Positions 1 through 9,906 of a stretch of DNA of 37,831 nucleotides are shown in pieces. The notes under the pieces were generated by a model that searched no databases, was not told the origin of the DNA, and was given only the letters and a program-made list of their open reading frames with translations. This DNA is from a virus. Lineage: Duplodnaviria; Caudoviricetes. Numbering within the stretch: position 1 is the first letter of the stretch; the number at the start of each line of letters is the position of its first letter. Made by a program: the position numbers and the translations under genes. The stretch is taken from IMG/VR virus record IMGVR_UViG_3300023116_000119, positions 1-37,831 of that record; one strand, written 5' to 3'.

Positions 1-2
1 AA

Positions 3-44
3 GCAGAATTAGCAGACTATATAGCAATAAGAGATGCTGAATAA
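3..44 (+). CDS. 3' end of a gene truncated by the window edge (...AELADYIAIRDAE*)
   Basis: Open frame ending in TAA that overlaps the next ATG (TAATG), the coupling pattern used throughout this operon. Confidence 0.5.
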   Translation, partial: AELADYIAIRDAE

Positions 45-337
45 TGGCTACACCAGCAGTACCAACAACGAATGTAGGAATTTATGATGATTTAAGAGTA
101 GCAACTGCTTGTACTCAAACTACTAATTTAAGTTTAGCAAGTTTATGTAATGGTGGAACTTATAATGGAATCACTAATACTTTTGGTCCAGCAGGTGGTA
201 GGGCTATGTTTTTTGATGTAATTGGTGGAACAAATAATCCGATAACAACGACTCCTAATTCTGTCAATTTGTATGATGACATTATAGGAATTGCACCATT
301 TAATCTTGCTAATACCATTGGTGGAAGATATACATAG
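44..337 (+). CDS. Hypothetical protein, T/N/G-rich, possibly virion-associated
   Basis: 97-aa ORF, TAATG coupling, composition typical of beta-rich structural proteins. Confidence 0.7.
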   Translation: MATPAVPTTNVGIYDDLRVATACTQTTNLSLASLCNGGTYNGITNTFGPAGGRAMFFDVIGGTNNPITTTPNSVNLYDDIIGIAPFNLANTIGGRYT

Positions 338-367
338 ATTTTTATATGATTTATAGAGAGAAAACAC

Positions 368-397
368 TTGACATAGAAGAGAAAAAATTACTATTTT
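368..397 (+). promoter_or_regulatory. Sigma70-like promoter TTGACA-N18-TATTTT
   Basis: Perfect -35 at 368-373, -10-like hexamer at 392-397; same spacing as several other promoters in the window. Confidence 0.65.
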
Positions 398-403
398 ATA
401 GCG

Positions 404-949
404 GTGAGGTACATAAAAGCTATACTCATAGTATTATTACTTGCTTTAACAGGAGAAACAATGGGCGTAAATAACAAACAAATCAAGAGTTTAATTAAAG
501 ACGTTTGTGTCCAGATGGGAGAGAAGTATGCAAAACAAGAAGCATTGGATATCGTATATGCTACAGGGCTTGTGGAGAGCAAGTACGAATATATCGAACA
601 AACTGGTAAAGGTCCTGCAAGAAGCTTTTGGCAAGTGGAGCCCAGCACAGCCGTCGACAATTGTAAAAACTTTATCTCATCTCGTCCAGACTTGCTTCAG
701 GCATCTGCTGATATTCTTGGGCTTGACCCTTATTATTTTATTGATGCTAACATTGATGATTGGGATTGGATTCTTCGTACTAATATTAGCGCTGGTATAT
801 TACATTGTAGAATTAAGTACTGGCGTATACCAGAACCGATTAAAGAAGGTAAAGAAGAATTAGCAAAGTATTGGAAAAAACACTACAACACAGAAGAAGG
901 TGCTGGTAGTGTAGAACATTTTTTAGAATTAACGGAAGGTAAATTATAA
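404..949 (+). CDS. Lysozyme-like / lytic transglycosylase-fold peptidoglycan hydrolase (alternative start ATG 461)
   Basis: Catalytic-Glu-like VES motif, GPARSFWQVEP.T and YWKKHYNT..GAG motifs typical of phage lysozyme-superfamily proteins; hydrophobic N-terminus. Confidence 0.65.
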   Translation: MRYIKAILIVLLLALTGETMGVNNKQIKSLIKDVCVQMGEKYAKQEALDIVYATGLVESKYEYIEQTGKGPARSFWQVEPSTAVDNCKNFISSRPDLLQASADILGLDPYYFIDANIDDWDWILRTNISAGILHCRIKYWRIPEPIKEGKEELAKYWKKHYNTEEGAGSVEHFLELTEGKL

Positions 950-2157
950 TGGCAACACAAACAGGCGCATATAAAAGATTATTAGGCTTGTTACAAGCAC
1001 AAAGGCAAGATGCTGTATCTCAAGCTGGATTTGCCTTAGGTAAGCAAGCAACTGAAGAAGAACAAGATTTAATAGAAATACAGTCTAATATTGATAAAGA
1101 AGTTAGAAGACTTGAAAAAGCACAAAGAAAAAGAGCCAGAAAAAAAGGAATGGGTGGATTATTAGGTAGTGCACTAGGGTTTGCATTAGCTGGTCCTTTA
1201 GGTTTATCAGCTTCATTAGCTACAGGTTTAGGTTCTTTCGCCGGTTCAAGATTGGCTGGACAAAAAAAGATTAGAGGACTTGACCCTAACTTAACTTTGA
1301 GAGAGAATGCAGAATTTTATAAACAAGCTGGAGAAGACCTAGGAACATTAGTTGATGATATATCTAGCCAACTAGAAGAGTCTTATAAAGATGAATTAAC
1401 TTCAGATATTTTTACTGCAATAGGTAGTGGAGCAACTGGAGGTCAACTTGAGAAAACTAAGTTTGGTAAAAACTTGTCAAGCTTTTTTGGAGATGATGTT
1501 TTTAGAGGTAAAAGTTTAAACTTAGGTGAAAAAATTAGTGGTATTGGTCAAAGAGTAGGACAAAGATTTGGAAACTTGTTTGGTGGAGAAGGCTTTGTTA
1601 CAGATAACTATGCTGGACCTTTAAATTCAGAGACAGCTTTAAGTAATATTATGCCAGACATAACTGGCTCATTACAAGAAGGAACACTAGGAATGTCTTT
1701 TAATCCTACAGCCGACCAGGCTTTAGCTAACAGGTTTGCTGTACAGGGCCCTTCAACTGATGCTTTTATGTCTCAAGGAGTTCCAACAAGTAATTATATA
1801 GATGCAATTAAAAATACAAATCGTGCTGATGCTGCTGGTTTAGCGTCTAGAGACAAACTTATGTCATTAATGATAGATGCTTCAGGAGGATTACCAAATG
1901 TTGATGCTCTTATATCTGGACAGACTACAGCATTGCCAAGACCAGGATTTCCTATTTCTTCTATGAACGCACCTATGGCTGATTTAAAAAATTATTTTTT
2001 ACAAAGTTTTCCAGCAGGAGCTTCTGATTTTCCATTTGTTGGAAGGCCAGAAGATGATATGGCATCAGACCTTCTTGTTGAACAAATACCAAATGAATTT
2101 AACATGATACGACCTGATTTATCTAGGTTGTTACAACTTTATGGATATGGAAGATAA
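949..2157 (+). CDS. Putative internal virion / DNA ejection (pilot-like) protein
   Basis: 402 aa; Gly/Ala-rich hydrophobic hairpin GGLLGSALGFALAGPLGLSASLATGLGSFAGS after a basic coiled coil; first of a series of size-increasing coupled genes. Confidence 0.6.
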   Translation: MATQTGAYKRLLGLLQAQRQDAVSQAGFALGKQATEEEQDLIEIQSNIDKEVRRLEKAQRKRARKKGMGGLLGSALGFALAGPLGLSASLATGLGSFAGSRLAGQKKIRGLDPNLTLRENAEFYKQAGEDLGTLVDDISSQLEESYKDELTSDIFTAIGSGATGGQLEKTKFGKNLSSFFGDDVFRGKSLNLGEKISGIGQRVGQRFGNLFGGEGFVTDNYAGPLNSETALSNIMPDITGSLQEGTLGMSFNPTADQALANRFAVQGPSTDAFMSQGVPTSNYIDAIKNTNRADAAGLASRDKLMSLMIDASGGLPNVDALISGQTTALPRPGFPISSMNAPMADLKNYFLQSFPAGASDFPFVGRPEDDMASDLLVEQIPNEFNMIRPDLSRLLQLYGYGR

Positions 2158-2858
2158 TGAGTATTAATGATATATTAGCACAGATAGGAATACAAGGAGG
2201 ACTGCAAGGATTGCAGAGCTATGGGCAACAATTTTCTAGAGATATAAATATGCCTAAATATGGTAAGTATTTACCTCAGTTTCCAGGACAGCTACTGTCA
2301 CAAGCTTTTTCAGCTGGTATGCAAGAAATTGGCGGACAAAGACAAACAGCAGCTGAGGATTATCAGACTGGTTTGTCAGGAACTTTATACCAAGGGCAGA
2401 CTGCATTAATGAATCAACAACCAGTTGCTGCTGGTTTTTCTGGTTTTGGTGCACAACAAAGACAAATGGAATCTATGAGAAGAGGAGCTTCAGAGGCTTT
2501 TGAAGCAGATGCTTATGCTGCTGGACGCTCATATGAAGATATATTAAATCAATTATCTGGACAAGAACAAGCATTGATTGGAGATATTCAAAGACAAGCA
2601 TTGGGATATCAGTCAGATTTAAGGTCATCTATTTTAAATATCTTAAGACTAGACCCTACATACGACCCTAATGCTGAAACTTTAACAGCTCCTTCTGCTC
2701 CTATGCCAGGTATGCAAGGACTAGCAAACTATAGTCAAGATTTACAACAAAGTATGAACGGTTACTTAAATAGTGGCGCTTATCCAGATTTTACTAATTT
2801 TGATTATGAAAGCTACTATAATAATCTGTTTAATAATATGAATGAAGGAATGGTATAA
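2157..2858 (+). CDS. Putative internal virion protein (Gln/Gly/Ala-rich)
   Basis: 233 aa, Q/G/A-rich helical composition, no Cys, TAATG-coupled. Confidence 0.55.
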   Translation: MSINDILAQIGIQGGLQGLQSYGQQFSRDINMPKYGKYLPQFPGQLLSQAFSAGMQEIGGQRQTAAEDYQTGLSGTLYQGQTALMNQQPVAAGFSGFGAQQRQMESMRRGASEAFEADAYAAGRSYEDILNQLSGQEQALIGDIQRQALGYQSDLRSSILNILRLDPTYDPNAETLTAPSAPMPGMQGLANYSQDLQQSMNGYLNSGAYPDFTNFDYESYYNNLFNNMNEGMV

Positions 2859-4147
2859 TGGCTATAAAATTTAGAAATTTAAATGCAGGAGGAGCTGCAA
2901 ACACCTCAACTTTAATGTTGCAATTGATAAGTCAAATTATTAGTGCAAATGCAAAAGAAAAACAAGATGAAAGAAGATTTCAAGTTTCTCAAGAGAATAC
3001 CAGACTACAGAATCTAGATGGAGAACAAACAGAATTAGATGGATTTTATTCAAGTTATAAAGCTGCTATGAATACAGGAGATTATGACCTTGCTGAAGCT
3101 ATGCTATATACTATGGAAAAATATAGAAATATTCCAGATATTGTTATGCCAGAAAACTTAGATGACCTTAGTGCAAAGTTTATTGATAGAAGAACTGCAG
3201 GTAAAAACCAAGATATGTATTACGAGATGTATATAAGTGGTCAGTCTAATCAAGTTTCTGCAGCTAATAACTTTTTTAAGAATGCTAAAAATTTAGAACC
3301 TCACATTTTAAAGAAGGTTCAAAGCTTTAAAAATACAGATGCTTATAGAAGCAATTCTGTATATTCAGATGTTGAAAATGCTTTTAGTTCAGATGTGGTA
3401 GCATATAATCAGTTTATAAAACCTTTTGTAAGTGTTAACAATTTAAAAACCTATGCTCCAAGAGAGTACAAAGAATATGTAGAATCAGCACAAGTTTCAT
3501 TAGGAACAGAGCTTTTAACTTTACCTCCTGTAGAGCAAAATAAAAAAGTAGAGGAGTATATTGAATTAAATATCTTACCTCAATTAAGAAGAGATGGTGG
3601 ATTAGCGTTCAATAGAGGTGGCAATAATATAGAAGCAGCATATACCGCTTCTGACTATCAAGGTAAAATGGACCTTACAAACTATTTAAGACTTGAAAAA
3701 GAAAATGAACTAAGACTTCAATATAATGTAGATAAATCTACTTCATATGACCAAATACCAGAGTCAACAAAAATAGTTATGGATAAAGAGATTGCTGGAT
3801 ACATTAATGAAACTCTTCCAAGTTCACAAGAAGACAGACAAAAAACTTTTGAAAAACTTCAAGTCCCTATGACTTTGCAAGAAATCACTACAAGAAAAAA
3901 ACAAATTGAACTAGAATTAGACAAAGCTAGGAAAAAGCAAAAAAGAACTGGGACATTTGGATTAGAGCCTGTAAAACCTGAAAGAACATATGTTGTTGGA
4001 CGAGAAAAAGTAGAAGGTAAGTATGGAACAAGATATGTTAAAAAAACAGGTCAAGAGATTATTGACGAACAACAAGCAATTATAAATCCATTACAAGAAG
4101 AACTAGACGAACTAAATTTAAGATTTGACCAAATAAAAGGACAATAA
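2858..4147 (+). CDS. Putative internal virion / ejection protein
   Basis: 429 aa, helical/coiled-coil, no Cys, directly before the largest gene. Confidence 0.55.
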   Translation: MAIKFRNLNAGGAANTSTLMLQLISQIISANAKEKQDERRFQVSQENTRLQNLDGEQTELDGFYSSYKAAMNTGDYDLAEAMLYTMEKYRNIPDIVMPENLDDLSAKFIDRRTAGKNQDMYYEMYISGQSNQVSAANNFFKNAKNLEPHILKKVQSFKNTDAYRSNSVYSDVENAFSSDVVAYNQFIKPFVSVNNLKTYAPREYKEYVESAQVSLGTELLTLPPVEQNKKVEEYIELNILPQLRRDGGLAFNRGGNNIEAAYTASDYQGKMDLTNYLRLEKENELRLQYNVDKSTSYDQIPESTKIVMDKEIAGYINETLPSSQEDRQKTFEKLQVPMTLQEITTRKKQIELELDKARKKQKRTGTFGLEPVKPERTYVVGREKVEGKYGTRYVKKTGQEIIDEQQAIINPLQEELDELNLRFDQIKGQ

Positions 4148-7100
4148 TGTCAGACCCTATTTTGGATTCACTCATATCTGGACAATCCACATTTGGTTTA
4201 AAGTCCTACGAAGATGACAGACAAGACTTCTGGGATAACATCCTACCTCCAGTAATCAAAAGAGCATATAATCAATCTATCACAGGTATGGTAGATTCTA
4301 TGATTTATGGTAAAGAAAGATTTGATATGCCTAACTTTAATCCAAGCATTGCTCAAGACTTTACAGCAGCAGCTTTAGGATTTCTTATGCCTTTAGACCT
4401 AGCTACAACCTTTATTCCTGGTGGACTAGCAGCAAAAGCAGCTAGAAGTAGGCTTTTACTAGAAGGTGGTAAGGCAGCACCTAAAACAAGAGCAACAAAC
4501 TTTTTAATGAAAAAAGGAAACTTTGATAAAGAAACTGCTGGTAAAATAGTAAATGATGTATTTGAATATGGTGCATTTAATACTGCGGCTATTGGTGCAT
4601 ATGATGGATTCTATGCAGCAGCTAAAGCAGGTAGCGAAGAAATATTAAAACAAGGTATTGATTTATCTCCTTTAGAAGACAAGTCGGAAGAAGAAATACT
4701 TTCTATTATTGCAAAAGAAGGAATGAAAGGTTTGTTCAAAGGTGCAAGCCTTGGTGCTATTTCATCTGTTGCAAGAGCAATGAGATGGACTGGTGGATAT
4801 GGAGGAATACCTGGATTAGGAAAATTTAAAGGGACAGAAGCTGGTGGTTTCTTAAATGAATCTATAGCTTTTGGAGCAGCCGCACCATTGTTTGAAGGTA
4901 GAATACCAAGAGGACAAGATTTTATTTTAGCAGGTGCTACATTTGGTGTTCTTAATGCAGCTCCAACAGTAAAGAAAGCTTTAGGTTCTTTTGGTAAAGC
5001 AGTTAGAAAACCTATAGGAGATAGAACACTATCTGAAGGTCCTATTGATTATAATTATACTGATTCTAATGGAGTAAATAAAACAATTACTCTTGACACT
5101 ACTGATGGTATTGCTACCTATGGAGCTAAAGCTTTAACAGAAGATGTAGAACAATCATTAAGAAGTACTGTATTTCAACCTGTTTTAGGTAGAGAGTTTT
5201 CAAGTCTTAAAAAAGAAATAAATGAAAAGTTGCAAAAACAACCAATATTTTTTACCGATGATGCTGGAACAAGTGCCTTTTTAGATGAGCTTGGTCCAGA
5301 TATAATAGAGAAAATACAGAAAGCTACATCTCTTGAAGCAACCCAACAGTCATTAGTCAACGTTGTTAAAAAAGAAAAAGGACTAGGAACCGTCAGACAG
5401 TTTACAGACCAAAAGAGTGGAAAGATTGCTCTTGGCGGTATGAACGAAGTTAGAATACAAGATTTTATAAAAGATAGCAGAGGAGCATATACTGGAGAAA
5501 TAAGAATTAGGATAGGAGATAATGTTTTTTATAAGCTAGATGCTAGAAATACAGAGAAGTTTTTCAAACACTATACATCCAATGAAAACATTATAAGAGA
5601 ATTTAACAAGATAAACAATAAAAAAACAGTAGATGAACTACACACAGTTGCGCTTAAAAGAAGAATAAAAGAAATTTCATCTGAAGATTTAGCTTTAGCT
5701 GTAAATGCTATGGACGCACAGCTTTATGGACCAGAAGCCAATAGATTAGTTAGAACTACTGTTGATGTTGATAAACTAACTGCTGCTGAGAAAGTATTTT
5801 TAAATAGACAAATTACTGGACAGAAAAGATATAACGAAGTTTATGAAAAGTTATCTGATATTGACAAAAAGAACTTAACTTTACAACTTGAAAATCAAGG
5901 ATTCTGGGGATTGAAAAACTCTAAGGATGAGAATATAAGTCCTATTGGAGCTGTAATGAATGGACTAAAGTCTGGTAAATATCAATTGCAAACACCTGCA
6001 GCTAAAAAATTATTAAGATACTTTGATGTTGTAGATGGAGATATTACAACACTTCAAGGAGAAAGACTTACTGCTTTTGGACAAATATTAGACTTTGATG
6101 AGATGAAAAATGCAAGACTTGGATTGCAAACAACTACATTAAAGAACAATCAAAGTTGGAATGATTATATTAGAGGTGTTCAGAAAAAAGAAAGTGGAGA
6201 AGTAGGTAAGCCAAAATATACAATAAAAGACGACTTAGAGGATACAAGATTTCAAAGTAAGATAAAGAAACTAATTGAGGAATCAAAAGGGAAAGAAAAG
6301 GCATTCCATGAAAAGAGAAAAGAAACAATAGATGGATTGACAAGAGGTTCTGAATTTGTTCCTGGCAGAAATATTAAAGCAGTAGAAAAAATTGTAGAAA
6401 AAGCATTTGGTAAGGGTGCACAGGTAGGACTACTACCAAGAGTGTATTTAGAAGCTAAAGCTGCTGGTATTCCTGTAGCTCCTTTTGTTTCAAACTTCTT
6501 TCCTAAAAAAATGAAACGAGATTTTATTGATGTTATCTTAGACCAAGATGCTAATGTAAGAAAAGAAATTGAAAAGAGATTAGGAAAGAGTAAAGCTAAC
6601 TTTACTGAGTCTGGAACTTTAAGTGAAGGAGATATGAAAGCTGTAGATGAAGTTATTGAAGCATACTTTGATAGAGTTAGAGATGCTATAGCTAGCAAAA
6701 GTAGAGGAAATTTAACTAAAAAAGATTTATTAGATGAGGCATATTTAAAACTTATGACAACTACTCAGGCTAGAATGCCAGGAGCTAGTGCAGTTGATGT
6801 ATATAATGCGGTAAGAGTTTCTGCTTATAACAATACTCTAAAACCTTACGCTTCTCTTGAAAGAAGAAGAAAGACAGCTGTAGAGAAAGTTAGTGACATA
6901 GACTTTGTTCAGTTTGCTGATGACCTAACTACTACAGAAAACTTTCCAGATTTAGCAGCTAAAGAATTAGGACAGTTAACTGATGCGTTGATTGAATCAG
7001 ATGGACTGGTTGCTTTGTCAGACTATATTGTTGGTGCTAGTAAAAGACAGGTATTGGGTGGAATATTTGGAGCAAGAGGAGAAGTGTTAGATAAATTTAT

Positions 7101-8790
7101 TGATTTGATACCAGAAGATGCATTGTTGTCTGGTAGATTAAGATTCCTTGATACTCCAGTATTTACTGCTCCTCAGACAGAAAGACAAGCTCTAGAGTTA
7201 ATTAAAGACGTTATTACTGGAGAGGTTAACTTTACACAACAACATACAGCTGCTGATGTGTTTAGAACTGCTTCTAATCTTGAGATGATTACAAAAATTA
7301 ATTTAGGATTTGCTACTATACCTAATTTAACTCAGACAATGATATCTACAGCTGCAGACGCTGGATATTGGAGAACAATAAAAGGTATACATAAACTGGT
7401 AACAGATAAAGAGTTTAGAAAAAGAGTAACATCTTTTACTACACTACAAACATTAGTAGATGACATGGTAGGTGTAGACCCTGGAACTCAGACTATTCAA
7501 TCTTTAGAGGCTAGAAGTTTATCTACAAGACAATTGTTCTTTAATCTTTTATCTCCTAAGTCAAGTCAGGTAGCAGGACAATCTAGAGTAGATACTTTAT
7601 TAAGACTTACAGATAATGTATCTATGTTTAGTAAAATAAATAGAATGAATCAGATGATTGCTGGTGCTACAGCTGAAGTTATGGTTACAGATTTAAGAGC
7701 ATTGGCTAAGGGTAAAAGAGATGCTGGAGGTTTTGCTTTCTTAAGTGCAATTGCACCAGAAAAAAGAAAAAGATATGCTAAGAATAGATTACAGGCTTTA
7801 GGATTTAACATGGATGAAGTATTAACTGATGGTTACTTTAATACAGACAAAGGTAGAAAAGAACTTGCAAGAGTTATGAATAAATACTCTAGAGATACTC
7901 AGCTTCAAAGAAGTTTTGAAAAAGATAATATATTATTTAACCACCCTGACTTCAAACCTTTCTTGCTATTTAAAAGATTTGGATATAGACAAGCACAGTT
8001 TTCATACAATCTTGTAAAAAGAGAATGGTTGAATGGTAATGTTGTTCCTATATTTGCTTTAGGTGCTAGTGGTATGGCAGGTATGACATTTGTTCAACCA
8101 GCTAAAGAATTTTTATCTGCTTTCTTGACAGGAGATGTTAAGGTTAATGATTTTGCAAATGGAACTGTAGATGAAGCTATAGCTAAAAGATTTACAACAA
8201 GAGCTCAAAGAGTTAGATTTTTAAGAGATGGTTTTGGTGGAGTTACTTTTGAAAAATATTTAGAATCTTTGGGAGCAGTTGGAGGTTTTGGTATGATAGG
8301 AGACTTTGCAGCTTCTGATAGTCCATGGAATACTTTGAAGTTTATTGCTACTCCTGTATTCTTTTCAGATTTTAACAGAGTATTAAAAGCTACTGAAACA
8401 TTTTTTGATAAAGCAGAAACATTCTATCCTAGCTTATACGAGCCTGCTGTGGCTACAGCAATAGAGCTAGGACCAATACTTGGTGGAGTTCCTGCTAGAG
8501 CATTAAGAAGATTAGAAACTCCAAAGATGGAGATAGATAGATACAAACAGAGAAAAAGAGAGACTGTTAGATTAGCAAGAGATTTAATAGGACAAGGTAA
8601 AGGAGAAAGAGCAGCAGCTTTAGTAGACGACTACAATAGAAGTATAGGAACTTTAGACCCTTCACTTGTAATAGGATTTGATGATTTTAGCATATGGACA
8701 GTATATGAAGATATTGCAAAAAGACAAAAAAGATTAGAAGATGAATACAAAACATTAGAAGATAGAATGTTTGATAAATTATTAGCTTAG
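4147..8790 (+). CDS. Large internal virion (ejection) protein
   Basis: 1547 aa, Cys-free, G/A-rich hydrophobic N-terminal third, helical C-terminal part; size and position match podovirus core/ejection proteins. Confidence 0.65.
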   Translation: MSDPILDSLISGQSTFGLKSYEDDRQDFWDNILPPVIKRAYNQSITGMVDSMIYGKERFDMPNFNPSIAQDFTAAALGFLMPLDLATTFIPGGLAAKAARSRLLLEGGKAAPKTRATNFLMKKGNFDKETAGKIVNDVFEYGAFNTAAIGAYDGFYAAAKAGSEEILKQGIDLSPLEDKSEEEILSIIAKEGMKGLFKGASLGAISSVARAMRWTGGYGGIPGLGKFKGTEAGGFLNESIAFGAAAPLFEGRIPRGQDFILAGATFGVLNAAPTVKKALGSFGKAVRKPIGDRTLSEGPIDYNYTDSNGVNKTITLDTTDGIATYGAKALTEDVEQSLRSTVFQPVLGREFSSLKKEINEKLQKQPIFFTDDAGTSAFLDELGPDIIEKIQKATSLEATQQSLVNVVKKEKGLGTVRQFTDQKSGKIALGGMNEVRIQDFIKDSRGAYTGEIRIRIGDNVFYKLDARNTEKFFKHYTSNENIIREFNKINNKKTVDELHTVALKRRIKEISSEDLALAVNAMDAQLYGPEANRLVRTTVDVDKLTAAEKVFLNRQITGQKRYNEVYEKLSDIDKKNLTLQLENQGFWGLKNSKDENISPIGAVMNGLKSGKYQLQTPAAKKLLRYFDVVDGDITTLQGERLTAFGQILDFDEMKNARLGLQTTTLKNNQSWNDYIRGVQKKESGEVGKPKYTIKDDLEDTRFQSKIKKLIEESKGKEKAFHEKRKETIDGLTRGSEFVPGRNIKAVEKIVEKAFGKGAQVGLLPRVYLEAKAAGIPVAPFVSNFFPKKMKRDFIDVILDQDANVRKEIEKRLGKSKANFTESGTLSEGDMKAVDEVIEAYFDRVRDAIASKSRGNLTKKDLLDEAYLKLMTTTQARMPGASAVDVYNAVRVSAYNNTLKPYASLERRRKTAVEKVSDIDFVQFADDLTTTENFPDLAAKELGQLTDALIESDGLVALSDYIVGASKRQVLGGIFGARGEVLDKFIDLIPEDALLSGRLRFLDTPVFTAPQTERQALELIKDVITGEVNFTQQHTAADVFRTASNLEMITKINLGFATIPNLTQTMISTAADAGYWRTIKGIHKLVTDKEFRKRVTSFTTLQTLVDDMVGVDPGTQTIQSLEARSLSTRQLFFNLLSPKSSQVAGQSRVDTLLRLTDNVSMFSKINRMNQMIAGATAEVMVTDLRALAKGKRDAGGFAFLSAIAPEKRKRYAKNRLQALGFNMDEVLTDGYFNTDKGRKELARVMNKYSRDTQLQRSFEKDNILFNHPDFKPFLLFKRFGYRQAQFSYNLVKREWLNGNVVPIFALGASGMAGMTFVQPAKEFLSAFLTGDVKVNDFANGTVDEAIAKRFTTRAQRVRFLRDGFGGVTFEKYLESLGAVGGFGMIGDFAASDSPWNTLKFIATPVFFSDFNRVLKATETFFDKAETFYPSLYEPAVATAIELGPILGGVPARALRRLETPKMEIDRYKQRKRETVRLARDLIGQGKGERAAALVDDYNRSIGTLDPSLVIGFDDFSIWTVYEDIAKRQKRLEDEYKTLEDRMFDKLLA

Positions 8791-8799
8791 GAGATAGAA

Positions 8800-9483
8800 A
8801 TGAACGATAAAGATAACATGACTTTAAACCAAGTGTTTGGAGAAAAAAGCGCAGCTTTTGGAGAAGGAGTCAGAAGATTAACAGAAGATGAGATTCTTGA
8901 GATTGCTAGCATTTTACTTCCAGTAGGAAGAACAAAAGTTTTAAAACAAGCAGGAAGAAGAGGAGTCAAGATTATAAAAGATATATTTGATGAATTTATA
9001 GGTAAAGGTAAAAAAATGTCAGGAGAAGTTCCTGTAGCCAAAGACCCTTTTAGACTTTTACCTAAAAGACAAGACCCAGGTTTAACTATGAGAGATATTT
9101 TAGAAGGAAACCAGAGAGCTATGAATATTCCAGCTTATGAAAGAGAAGCTCTAGGTCTTACTAAAAGGGTTAGAATACCAGGAAGAAAACAGAATGTAGA
9201 GACTGGACAACAATCTATTAATGAGATTTTAAGACTAGAGGCACCAACTCCATCTCAAGTAAGAGCAAGACAATTTGCTGATGACTTAGCTGATAGAATT
9301 TACAGAGGAAAGAGAACTGCTAAACAATTTCCAAAGGGTATGACAAAAGAAGATATGATTCCAGATATTAATCCAAATGAATATGGATTTGGGACAGATG
9401 GACTATATCAAGCTCCTGCAAGAAGAACAAGCGAGAGATTATCTGCTCAACTTGAAAGATTATTAAGAGAATTGGAGATGTAA
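8800..9483 (+). CDS. Hypothetical protein, possible virion-delivered cargo
   Basis: 227-aa ORF with AGGAG RBS; follows the ejection genes. Confidence 0.75.
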   Translation: MNDKDNMTLNQVFGEKSAAFGEGVRRLTEDEILEIASILLPVGRTKVLKQAGRRGVKIIKDIFDEFIGKGKKMSGEVPVAKDPFRLLPKRQDPGLTMRDILEGNQRAMNIPAYEREALGLTKRVRIPGRKQNVETGQQSINEILRLEAPTPSQVRARQFADDLADRIYRGKRTAKQFPKGMTKEDMIPDINPNEYGFGTDGLYQAPARRTSERLSAQLERLLRELEM

Positions 9484-9905
9484 TGGATAAGTTAGATTTT
9501 TTAAAAAACCAAGTAAAACAAAAAGAAGAAGATATAACTCTAAGAGGTATGTTTAAATCTATAATGAGTCAACTAAATCAATATGCTATTGATGAAGAGT
9601 CTGGTAAACTTAGTTCTTCTTTATTAGGTGACTTGACTATGACAGCTATGCCTGTAGGATTAGCAGGAACTATAGGTAGAAAGTCTTTTAGAAAATTACT
9701 TCCTTCTCTAACTAATAAAATAGGAGGAACTCAAAAAGCTTGGAAAGAAACATTTGGTAGAGAAGTATTAGACGAGTTTGAAAAAAATCAAGCATTCTTT
9801 TTTGATAATGTTAGACTATTAGAAAGAGGATTACCAGAAACAGATGTTAGATATCCTTTAGCTAAAAAGGCATATGACTTCTATTATAATGTTATAAAGA
9901 AATAA
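9483..9905 (+). CDS. Hypothetical protein, possible virion-delivered cargo
   Basis: 140-aa ORF, TAATG-coupled. Confidence 0.75.
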   Translation: MDKLDFLKNQVKQKEEDITLRGMFKSIMSQLNQYAIDEESGKLSSSLLGDLTMTAMPVGLAGTIGRKSFRKLLPSLTNKIGGTQKAWKETFGREVLDEFEKNQAFFFDNVRLLERGLPETDVRYPLAKKAYDFYYNVIKK

Positions 9906-9906
9906 A

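Noticed and set aside
4147-8790. 1547-aa protein as a virion RNA polymerase
   Set aside because: No DxDGD or T7/N4-type polymerase motifs recognised; FDVVDGD does not fit
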